The notes under the pieces are model-generated. The model was not told the origin of the DNA. It did no database searches and was given only the letters and a program-made list of their open reading frames with translations. From positions 31,558,001 through 31,622,000 of the forward strand of contig NC_135765.1 in the NCBI RefSeq assembly GCF_052425735.1: 64,000 bases of DNA, given 5' to 3'. Both the position numbers and the translations under genes were made by a program. This DNA comes from Oculina patagonica. Lineage: Eukaryota. Position 1 is the stretch's first letter. Every line of letters begins with the position of its first letter. Of the stretch, positions 1 to 19,381 are shown piece by piece.

Positions 1-214
1 CTTTTATCTTCTCCAACATACACTGATACATCATTGCGATAATCAAATTGATGTGATTTATGAAATTTGGTCTTGCCAATCTGTCGAGAAAGATACAGAT
101 TAAAGCGGGTTTTTAAAAAGTTCCTTTGAAAATCAAGAGAATCAACCGTAATTTCTGTCATTTCCATCGTACCTTTCGGTCAAAAACTTGGCCTGGCAGG
201 AAAGGAAGAGCCAT
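1..214 (-). CDS. EFHC2: EF-hand domain-containing family member C2 (Rib72-like ciliary microtubule inner protein), first two exons; gene runs off the left edge
   Basis: Exon 1 214-173 (MALPFLPGQVFDRK, GT donor); exon 2 from 80 after an AG (IGKTKFHKSHQFDYRNDVSVYVGEDK). Matches the recalled EFHC2 N-terminus MALPLLPGNSFNRNVGKEKFHKSQHW. Not in the ORF track. Confidence 0.85.
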
Positions 215-282
215 AGTTGTTTGTGGAGCTAACTCTGTTTAGCTTTTCTCGAAGAGCTTTCTGAATCCAAGATGTCTGCCGT

Positions 283-396
283 GTTGCTATATACGGCCCG
301 TCGCTATGATTTCTGGGTTTACCATAGCAACGGCTTCGAAATCTTACATCACTCTTGATTGGTTAACATAGTTCTATTCTTCAAATTTGAACCAAT
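283..396. promoter_or_regulatory. Bidirectional promoter with RFX X-box-like motifs and CCAAT boxes
   Basis: TTTACCATAGCAAC at 318-331, weaker GTTGCTATATAC (283) and GTCGCTATGATTTC (300), ATTGG at 358 and CCAAT at 392, between divergent ATGs at 214 and 539. Confidence 0.65.
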
Positions 397-538
397 CAGA
401 ATTCTGAATAGAATGTGACAATTCTCCCGCCAACCGTGTTTGTTTGCGGTTCTTTGTAGTTTTTCTAGCGATTTACATTTTTTACTCGCAAGAGTGGATG
501 AAGGTTTACGTGAAAAACAAAATGTAGAAGAAAGATCG

Positions 539-3500
539 ATGGTTTTCTTTCATAACATCAACCCTGGCGCTCGCGTCCAAGTAAGATGGCGGGGAGAAGT
601 CGAAAATGGAACCATTCGGTATGCGGGTAACTTGGTAGCTAAAGATGGCGAATGGGTTGGCATCGAATTAGACAATAGAGGTTAGTGTTAATGATGCTTC
701 GATCTCGCTTAAGAATACATTTTGGAACAAAGTTTAAAAGCCATTTAATTTCTTATTCAATATCATCAAGCCCAAATGACACTTGGTACGGAAATAAATG
801 CTAGATCGAATACAGATTTGATATCGCTTTTAAAGCTTTAACCTTGTTTCACACTTAATTAATTTAAGTACCTCGTGTTTTGATCGTAAACTTTTAAGTT
901 GATACTACTTCTTAGCTTTAAAGCCAAAAGAGGTAATAAACTACGGAACACTAGGGCACTTTGAAATATTCTCGGCCGCTCAAAATGTCGCCCTGAGTAC
1001 TTTGATCTGTAGATGCTGTGTCCTCGTGTTATGTTTTGAAAAGAATTTCTGATGCATGAGATGAATTCTTTTCGGGGAAAAAATCGCCTTTCTAACTTGA
1101 GACCATCGGGTGTGTGGCTGACATGCAAAGGAGACCAAAAGAATTAAGCCAAAAAAAATGTCTTGATTGACAGCTGTCAATCCCTATTGATTTGTTGCAA
1201 TAACAACCATATGTTGCAGCTTGATTCTTCAGTTATTTATGAGTGGATAACAATGGACAAATACTTACGTTGCATTTTGTCATTGCATTTTAAGTTGGTA
1301 ATACAAGTGGTCTGTACAAGGGGATCCAATACTTTCACTGCAGAGACGGCCATGGAATATTCACACATGCAAGAAATGTCAGATTTGTACCAAGCAAAAG
1401 AACGTAAGTTATTGAACTACTAGAGGCTCTGATGGGGAGGGGGTTTGTCAAGTTCTTGTCTCTAGTCTAAATTTTAACTAGCTCCACTGCGGCCGTTTTC
1501 AGTGTCGTCACGCAATGCTCCTCCCTGCGTGATACTAAAAATGGCGGGAGGAAACTTAATTTTGACTTGTCATCATTTGTTAATTGACCCCTGCCTTGCA
1601 TCAATCCTCCTACTCAATTTAGTGTTGCCTCTGTTAACAACCCCTGCCTCAATCCTATCACCCACCGATTTATTCACTTAATAAATACAGGGCTGTTTTT
1701 TCACAGTTTAAGGGAGATTTTTATTTATTTTTTTTAGTATTTTTTTTGTTTTTGATAACCTTTCATCAGTCCATACAAAATATAAAAAAATAAGAACTTT
1801 GAACCTCTCCTTATGGACACCTCTATAATACAGACACTTCCCTATTACAGACAGTTCATCTCATCATCTTAATCCTACTCTACTCTGGGAGTTCACTTGG
1901 TTTGAAAGAGACTTTAATTCATATAATCTCTACCTCTGTAATAAGGACACCTCCATAATACAGACACTCTTCCCTGTGCCTTAAATGTCCATACTAAAGA
2001 GGTTCAACTGTGTTACTATAAATAATACAGTTATCTCATACATGGTTAACAGTAGATTTAGTGTGCAAACTTCTTGGTCATTTCAGGTTACGTGATTCTT
2101 ACAAGCCAGTGTCCAAGACATCAGTCATAGATGAGACCCTCTTTGCTAAAACAGAAGGTACCACTGTAATCTCACTTCACCTGCCGCTATCTTTCGTTGT
2201 CTTTGTCATGAGAATTTTGAATCCCATCAAAGAGTATCCCCTGGTACATGTAGGTAGAGTAAAGTCTGCATTCAAGCCTGGTGGCCTGTCAAGCCAGAAC
2301 TCATCCAGTTTCCCAGTAGCATGAAACGACTAGAAGTATTTCTACTCCCCACTGAATGAGATGCTAGTCAATCGCAGGGTTACCCCTCAGCATTAAATTT
2401 GCCAGCACCCATTTATATACCTGGGTGGAGAGAGGCACTGTGAGAATACGTGTCTACGGTAGCCCAAGAACACAACGCAGTGACCCTGGCCAAGTCTTGA
2501 ACCTGGACCGCTTGATCTGGAGTCCGACGCGCCAACCATTAGGCCACTGGACCTCCCAAAGAGTATCCCAGCGACCCAGTTGAGGATTAAATCTTTATCC
2601 TTGTCACTTGTCTGCCTTACAATGTATTGATATTGTTAGGAGATATAAAATGTTGATCACCATACATTGGTTAAGGCTTGGTCTTCTTTATTCCTTACAG
2701 CCACCCCAGTGAAGAGCTCTTCAGATCCTGAAGTCATATCTCCCAAGTACCTCAACAGGGTTAAAACAATGATCCAAGGTCCTATATTACTTTCTTGTTT
2801 CTTTACTGGAAATTCACTATTTTAAAATTTGATCTAGTCAATTAAGCAATTCTTTGAAGTTACTAGCCTAAAGGAGGCTCACAATGGTTTCCAGCACTTT
2901 CCAGGTCTTATACTTTGATGGGTCAGGACTATAAATTTTCATCAGTTGCTGCTACAATAATGATATCAAAAAAAATTTGTTAATTGTCCAATCATTGCTG
3001 AACAAGTTGTGGTCATTTTTACGACATCACTGGTTACCATAGCAAGTAAAACCTGTTAAAAACACCCTTAATTTTTGCTCTATCAAGTAATGATCAACAT
3101 GTTAAGATACAACTTTTTTGCAAAGTTAATAAAGTTTCTACGCAGCAGTTTCAGAGCCACCAAATTGGGGGTCACCAAGGTCGTTTAAATGTTAAATTAA
3201 CCATAAAGTTAATTTTTATTTTGCCCCCCCCCCCCCCCCGTTAAATTAACTCAGACTGAAAAATTAATTTAATTTATTTTAATAGGTGAAGATGCTTGGC
3301 CTGAAGCCAGGACTAGATTTAACAAAAGCCATTTAGTTGGAGCACACATTTCACCTGCAACAAGGCAAAGAAGCCAGTCAGCAACAAGTCTCCACCGTGA
3401 AGAGTATTTTAACTGGAACAAACCCTTTATTTCTCCGTCTTCCATTCCTCACATTCATGTGCCTCGACCCATTCTCAAGAGAATGTTAGGATTTGAATAC

Positions 3501-3539
3501 TTTGGGACAACAATTCCAAGATATTCTAGTCTTTCGTGA
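539..3539 (+). CDS. Small CAP-Gly domain protein, about 217 aa, 5 exons
   Basis: Exons 539-680, 1295-1403, 2087-2157, 2701-2778, 3286-3539, all GT-AG, 654 nt in frame. CAP-Gly signature GTIRYAG..GEWVGIELD..VGNTSGLYKGIQYFHC..GHGIF. Confidence 0.8.
2241..2557 (-). mobile_element. tRNA-derived SINE
   Basis: tRNA-like head with A/B boxes on the minus strand; AAAGAGTATCCC target-site duplication on both sides; homologous copies at about 6807-7015 and 38264-38507. Confidence 0.8.
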
Positions 3540-3930
3540 GGAAGTATTGGTGTCAACATCAAGTAGTGTGAGAAAACGTATCTCTAGGGGTTCACAGTAG
3601 TCTAGGCTTAGTACATGCTTGGGTATTTTGATGGGGAGTTGATCACCTTAATTAGAACAATGAAAGTCTACTTCAGTAACCATGATTAGGCAATCACTAA
3701 CAATCAAAGAAAAACCAAACAACCTTTATAGGTAAATATTTAGCACTGAGCCATTTATTTTCAAACAAAAGGTTGTTACTGAAAGTAGTTTTACATGTAC
3801 AACTGTAGGAAACCTTTCCTCGAAATTCATTGAAAACCGTGTATCTGGCTTTTTTGATACGAAAAACACCGTGAAACATTGTAAACAACCACAAGAATGA
3901 CAATGATATTTCGCTGATTAGCTACTATCA

Positions 3931-4190
3931 TAGCCTTGCAATGCGTGCAGAGAGCTAAGTAGCAGTAGACTTTCACATATTGCAGACCTAAATATCATTA
4001 TAGGCATGCAATGTGTGAGAAGTATGTGCTGTATCTTTGCCACATCATCCAATATAGTATTTTAGGCATGCAATGTTTGCAGACAGGTAGCCCTTTGCAC
4101 ACATTACAGGTCTATCATACTAGTGTTATAGGCAAGCAATGCATGCAGAGAGCTATGAAGTGATAGACTTCTTTGCACATTGTGGGCCTA
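3931..4190. repeat. Degenerate tandem repeat, four units of 62-70 bp
   Basis: TAG(G/C)C(A/T)(T/A)GCAATG core at 3931, 4001, 4063 and 4129. Confidence 0.6.
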
Positions 4191-4737
4191 TGATGTCCAA
4201 CATATCTGTTGTGGTTAACTTTATCTTAGTTTTAATTTTTTTTAAGCTGGTCCTGAAGAGAATCCAGAAGAGGTTGAAAGTTCTAGACGATGTCAGTGTA
4301 ACTTTTTCACGCTCCAAACGGTTGAAAACAAATAAATCTAGAAGAAAATAAGCTGGTTTGATTTTTACAGTATTTTCCATTGTCTCATAGTCATGAGCAT
4401 AATCTGAAACAAAGGGAAGTTAAGTTCATACTGGTTTGAAATATTTTAAAGCCGAAGGTAAATTTAAACCACAACATATCCAACTACATTGTATACAGTT
4501 TACATTCCATGTAAATTTCTAGTTACAAAATCTTACATGCATACAACTTCTGTTGGTTTCTTCATGTTTATGTATATATTTTGCTAAATATCACTAAAAA
4601 CCTAGCACTGTTAAAACAATTTTTTGTTTGCATAGTGTTGTAAGATTTTTTACAGTTACATAAATATATTAAACAAATGCAAGTTTACATCTTATGTTAT
4701 GTGACTGAGCCACCAGGTGTTGTTTTACTAGTAGATG

Positions 4738-13588
<8,851 letters not shown>

Positions 13589-13630
13589 TTTAAATCAAGA
13601 TTAGTTGGGTTTTAAAATGAAAGGTCAGTT

Positions 13631-13651
13631 CGCCATCTTTTCCGCCATTTT
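13631..13651 (-). promoter_or_regulatory. Tandem YY1-like sites upstream of the TAF6 ATG
   Basis: AAAATGGCGG and AAGATGGCG on the minus strand, 45-65 bp upstream of the ATG. Confidence 0.5.
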
Positions 13652-13819
13652 CCAAATTTAGCAAGTCAGTAGATCAGGTCAGCGGTAATAAATTCGGTCA
13701 AGTACCGTACCTCGTGTCCTATATACACCAAATGGTGAACCCACATAAAATTCTCAGCGAGAGAGAGCTAGTGCTCTCCCCAGGTCTCCATCAGGTTGAA
13801 CCCAACCCACTATAAACTA

Positions 13820-13941
13820 CAGTAGAACCCCGGTAACTCGAACTCGGATAACTCGAACAACCCCGCTAACTCGAACTAACTTCCATTTCCCTTGGACCCG
13901 CTTTTCAGTCATTTTTACTCATTTTTACCGGGGTTCTACTG
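13820..13941. mobile_element. Tc1/mariner (pogo-like) MITE
   Basis: TA|CAGTAGAACCCCGGTAA...TTACCGGGGTTCTACTG|TA with TAACTCGAAC subrepeats. Confidence 0.75.
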
Positions 13942-14643
13942 TACTACTAACCACTAGATTTTCTCAACGTCCATTTTTTTTGTTCCTTTATCCAAGCTTC
14001 TACCCTTTCCGTATCGTCAATGTAGCCTCGCGCCCAAGTGAAAATGCAGTACTTGTTTTCCTTATAGATCATTGCACCATATCCTCCCGCTGATTTCTTC
14101 ACATTCGCGGGGCAATAACATCGCGGCAGCCGGGGTGTTGTTAAGGAATAGAGAAGATTATAAAATCCCCCCCCCCCCCCACCACCCTTTCCCTACCTGC
14201 CACACAGGGTCTAACGTTACGCCAAGGTTCAGTTTCGTCAGCTTAAAAAATATTTTGTGCAAGAGCTGGGATAAGATTCTTTTCAGGGAATAATTATTTT
14301 GTAATTTTAAACGATGGATTGGTATCCGGGATTCATACAGGAATCACTGAAAACAATTTTGTTCCGGAACAAAATCGAGCTAAGGCTTCGTGTAACCTGC
14401 AATCAGACGTTCCTTTTAAGTTTTGGCGGTGACAGATGAGACGGGGAGAGGGAAACCTGTCACCGCAAGAAAAAAAATGAAAGCCTGATCACGGGTGTAG
14501 GCTGTATCAGGCAAATAAAAGATGTTGATAATCGTAGAGATGGTAAAATTTATTGAACAAGGATGAAACTTTATCTTGAAAAGTCTTTGTATTAAAACGA
14601 TTGCTAACCTATCAAACTTTCATTATTTCATTATCATTTGTAT

Positions 14644-17271
14644 TCAGTCTTTTGGCCATATCGAGATTTCACGAATGATCACCCAATGTTTTACTTCTGC
14701 AATTATTTTAACTTTTAAGCATTTTGCAGGAAAGCTTATAACATTTTCCAAGTGCTTTGCGTCTAAAATAGGATCAACAAAATGACCTATTTTCGTGCAC
14801 TGTGATTCGTCACAACTGTTCGTTGCTGTGTTTGTTCCGCACGCTATAACAACCGCGCTTGAAAGCACGTCTCTAAACAGTGGGCTCCCTGTGGTTATGA
14901 GAACGCGTGAGATCCGAAGAGGTTCTTTAAACTCCATGGTAAAGCTATCATCTACTTTTAGTGTTTGGAGCCAAGCGAAACTTTCCATCTCTTTAAAAGC
15001 TTTTTCCAATCCATGACTTCCTTCAAACTTTATACCAGTCGTTTTAAATTCAACTTCGGGTTTTGCCCCGCGAAGTTGGCTTCCCATTTTAAACAAAAAC
15101 TCGCCAAGCTTCTGGTTGGTTACTTTAACATTTGTTCGTAGATATGCATGGACGTCCATTATTTCAAAAGGCAGACGTCCTTCTGTGAAAAGGGCGCAAT
15201 ATTCAGCCAAATCCTTAAGCATTTCCACTGAATAAAGCCGTCCCAGACCAGGCAGAGAATTCTCTCCTAAATGGTGTGCGTAGAAAATAATTGTTTTTCT
15301 CTTCAAAATTATCAATTATTTGTTTAATGGCTGGGAAAAATGGCTTGATGGTTCGCGCCTGGTCGGTCAGATGTACGTAGTGCGCTGACATTCGCGAGCA
15401 ATACTCAAAAAGAAATGTAAGTCTCTTGTTGAAATCCGAGGTATTTTTCTTGAAATCGTCCGTAGTTGATGCGATACTTCCCCATCCCAGGGGTTCCCGG
15501 CTGACTTCCCTCAGAAATTCCCCCGTGGGATGGATGACTTGAATGAGCCCACTGTCGAGTTCGTCCTGAAATTCGTCTTTTGTTCCCTGTAAGATGTGCT
15601 GCCTTTGGATCCTCCTTCGAAAACCACGACAATAACAATGTCTGACTGCTCTGTGGCTGAAATGTGATCTTGTCAGGGAATGAAGAGCTTGCTATTAGGT
15701 TATCCTCTTCACCTCGTGTGCTCACAATGCCAATACTCAGGTAAACTGGAAATGAAGTAAAAAGAAGTTAGGAACAGGCATAAGCTCAGGTCTCGGTGGT
15801 TTAAATGGTTGAATATGTTAACTACTATCAAGTAGTTAAGTGTCTTAATTAAACCACCGCACTATCCACCGTTATCTTACGGAAAAATCACTCTCTAGGA
15901 TAGTGATTATCAGTATCACGTTCCAGGCGCCGGAGGGGAGCAGCGCAAGGAACAGCAAGTGAAAAAAAATGGACGAGTGTCAGTCGGAGAGCTCTCGCCT
16001 TAAACCCCTTGCCATTTTTTCCACTCCCCGTTCTTCGCGCTAATCCAGTTCCAATCCCCTCCCCACCCATCCACCGCCCAACTAACCGAACGCCTGGAAC
16101 AGGTTAATTTATCAGAGAGATATAGCCGTGTTCTTTCTTTAGACATCCAGGATCATGAGTATACTGAAGCAGGATCAAGTTCCAATTTTAACAAATACTC
16201 GCAAAAGAACTCGCAGAATTTATGAGCCGCATTTTCTAATTCGAAAATAGCACGTGTACTATAAGAGTTACTAATAAAATTGTCACGCAAGCTTGTCACG
16301 CGAGTTTGTCCTCGAACTTGTCGCTGGCGGTTTTCTCGGGCGATGGAAAAACCTCAAATATACAACTTGTTAATACGGCCTCTTCTTTCCTAATGAATGG
16401 GATTCATGTCGTGCTATTTTACCTAAAAAGAATTGCGAGCATACACAAACGGAAGGAAAGCTTTTAGTGGGTGTAAAACTAATAAAAACAAAAGTCACAA
16501 AAGGCGAAGCAATTAACTGGAAAAGAGCTATATCCTTTACTTTTAAAGTACAATATATTACACTAACACATTTTTTTCAGCATTACAATCAGGATAGATC
16601 AATGTACCTGTCTGTTCTTTTTGCCTTCCGAGAACGAGTCCCTGGCTGGTATTCACACCATCTAATAACCGTTTGGTACAATGAGCGGACGGACACTGTG
16701 TCACAGGCATCCCAAGACTGATATCTGACTTTATGCATGTAAGCGACAATGAAGTGTGCTTGAAGTAAATGACCTGGCGAATAACAACAACAAAATAAAA
16801 ACAGAGAAACACGGCACAGAATGTAAGGTTCTCTATTCAGAATAAATATGTTGAAATATATTTTTTTCTAATCTACAAGGATAAAAGAGCAAAGCTTTTA
16901 CGATAAAATATTATGTAAAATCAATTTTCTATTCCGACAACGTTGCAAAATCGGTATTTAGAAAATTGTTTTGACTAATAAGACTTCTCGAATCGAAAAT
17001 TAACTGGGGTCGATCTTTGTTAAGATTTGCAAGAATGAACTAAGATTAAATAAAACCTATTAGATTATTTTGTTCGCGAAAATATCTAAGTTCATCCCGC
17101 CAATATTCCGCTCACCGGAATATTACTGTACATGTAATCGACAAAAAATATATCCCCCGAAAACTACAAGCTACAAATACAAGATAATGAATACTTACTC
17201 TTTAACACCATTGCAGCATTAAATAAAATGATTCCATATAAAGTAAACGTGAAGAAGTTTTGTTTCCACAT
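14644..17271 (-). CDS. MGAT4 (GnT-IV, GT54) family protein with C-terminal lectin domain; frameshifted in this sequence (assembly error or pseudogene)
   Basis: Exons 17271-17199 (type II signal-anchor MWKQNFFTFTLYGIILFNAAMVLK), 16773-16608 and 15745-14644. Blocks YLSIGIVS, DIVIVVVF, SGLIQVIHP, FLFEYC..SAHYVHLTD, FFPAIKQII, GLGRLY, FKEPLRISRVLITTG match recalled MGAT4C but lie in different frames. Confidence 0.75.
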
Positions 17272-17355
17272 ATTTAAACAATTCAATGTAGCGAAATAAA
17301 CCTGAAATCCTTAAACAAGAAAAACTAAACCGAAATCGGCCTGAAAAGGACAACT

Positions 17356-17423
17356 TTTACCATAGCAACCATACTCAACCTGAAAGCACGTAGGTAAAGA
17401 AGCTTCACTGTTGCTATGGCAAA
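17356..17423. promoter_or_regulatory. Inverted pair of RFX X-box motifs upstream of the MGAT4-like ATG
   Basis: TTTACCATAGCAAC at 17356-17369 and GTTGCTATGGCAAA at 17410-17423. Confidence 0.6.
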
Positions 17424-17719
17424 TTATATATTGGGGGAATGAGAAAACATTTCTGACAGTTATTGAATAAGATTTATGAGTTCAATAATGAATTAAATTG
17501 TATTACTTGCTTATAGCTGCTTATATGTCGGTCGGACTCGTTGGGGACTGTGAGCGAATTTTGTTATTTCAAAAAACGTAAGACTCGGCAGGTATCAATG
17601 TATTTTAGTAATAATTACAATACGAATGAATTAGTCTCAGCTCGCAACAAAGAAAAATGGTAATCACTTGTAAAATGTTGGTGTTGCGCAAAGATGCAAT
17701 TTGCAATTGTCTAATACAG

Positions 17720-18365
17720 GCCTGGGCGCCTGGAAAACGGAGACACAAGGTAGAGTACAGTAGACGCAAGTATTCAACTTGCGTCTACTTGCATCTCCGT
17801 TTGGCCAGGACTTGCATCCACTTGTTTGGTAGAGATCAAATTCAGTTTGCACGCAAGGCAACGCAATTTTTTCACCGTTTGGCCACCCAACGCAAGTTAA
17901 CGCAAGTCTTGCTGCTTACTTCAAGTACTGAATTGCAGCGCGCGCAGTAGCATTGAAATGACTTTTTTCACAACTTGCGTGCACTTGCAGCGAGGCACCT
18001 GGCAAAACGAGGAAACATGTTTCCAAAAACACTCGTAGCGTGCGCATGTTCCTCCCCAATATTTCCGTTGCAGTTTTGCCTGACGGGAAGCTTTGTTTCC
18101 AGCGTCAATTTTGTTTTCAAGAAGCAAAATTTGCTTCTGCTACACGGCAGAAACATTTACGCGTTTCCGCGCAGCATGAAAGGATGGCAAAACGAGGAAA
18201 CAATTACGGAAACATGTTTCCAGCAGTGTTTCTGGAAAGCTATATTTCCTCGTTTTGAGACGGGCCATTTCAAAACTTGCAAGTCGTTTGGCCAACTAAC
18301 GCAAGTCTGTACGCAAGTTTCAAATTGCGACTACGAACTCCTTTCGTCCACTTGCGTTGCTGATT
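17720..18365. mobile_element. MITE with CGCAAGT subrepeats, containing a nested GGAAACATG-type MITE (about 17996-18265)
   Basis: Repeated ACGCAAGT/ACTTGCGT motifs, related copy at about 42209-42520; nested family also at about 35910-36147. Confidence 0.55.
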
Positions 18366-19381
18366 GGCCTAAAAAGGCTACCCAATCCCCTTATTAAACC
18401 AGAGGCATTAAAATGCATAATAATGAGCTTCTGTCTCGCCTTATTCTCTTGCCGGTCATACCAGTTTGATGATATCACCTACAATGACGTACTTGGCTTC
18501 CGTCGTAAACTTCAACTTCAACTTTATTCAAATAAGCTTTACAATTTTTTTATCCAAACTATCGAAAATGGAGTTGCCCCTACGCTTCCACTTTTAGTAA
18601 TTGTACCATGAGTCAGCAAAAAAATTGGTCAACTCTTGATAACCGATAACTGTTAACCTGAACAAGGCGTAAAGACATAGATAAAGAGCAAACTTCATGC
18701 TTTAAATGAATCATCTAAAAATCATCTGACATTTATGGCTCGTCGACGTTTGATGCATTCGACCATTCAATAGTTAATCATTTGGAACTAAATTAGAAAG
18801 AAGCTTTCTTTGATTAAAAATGTTAACCCGTGGAAAACAACAACAACAACACCAAAATCAAGGAAGAATTAAAACTTAAATCAATTGTGCAAGGTTTATC
18901 TTAAGTAGAGTTTTTAAAAATGGTCAGTTTTAGCCAAGGGCCAATGCATGCGTTCCGTAGATTTTTTGAAAGTTGAATTTAATAAGGTCAGTAACTAGAT
19001 TTTATCCTGCTAGCCTCAGTCAAAATAGTCTGTTTTTATAAAGCTTGGAGTTTGAAAAAAGTTTTATTGTGTCATGACAGTGTTAGAGTGTTAATTAACT
19101 GCTAAGTATCCAATGGAATGCCATTATGTTTGTGTCACGGTTAATTCATTTCCTTCACTCAATGCCGTTTGACGTTTTGTTTGAGAATTGCGCTTGTGTA
19201 TTGTTTTACAGTCATTAAGAAACAGAATCAGTAGTCGAAGTTCGTTTCCTTTCAACTCCACGAGTTCTCCATTAACGTTTGCATGGAAACAATGCAATAA
19301 TGAGTTGAGGTGGTTCTTGGTTGCATTCATTTCGACGAAAAAATTGCAAGTCAAAAAACAACTTGCATAGGAGCATTTGCA

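Noticed and set aside
3931-4190. CRISPR-like repeat/spacer array
   Set aside because: Eukaryotic context, short degenerate cores, spacers partly similar to each other, no cas genes.
15285-15700. Programmed frameshifting or RNA editing in the MGAT4-like gene
   Set aside because: No slippery heptamer or stimulatory structure seen; sequencing error or pseudogenisation is simpler.
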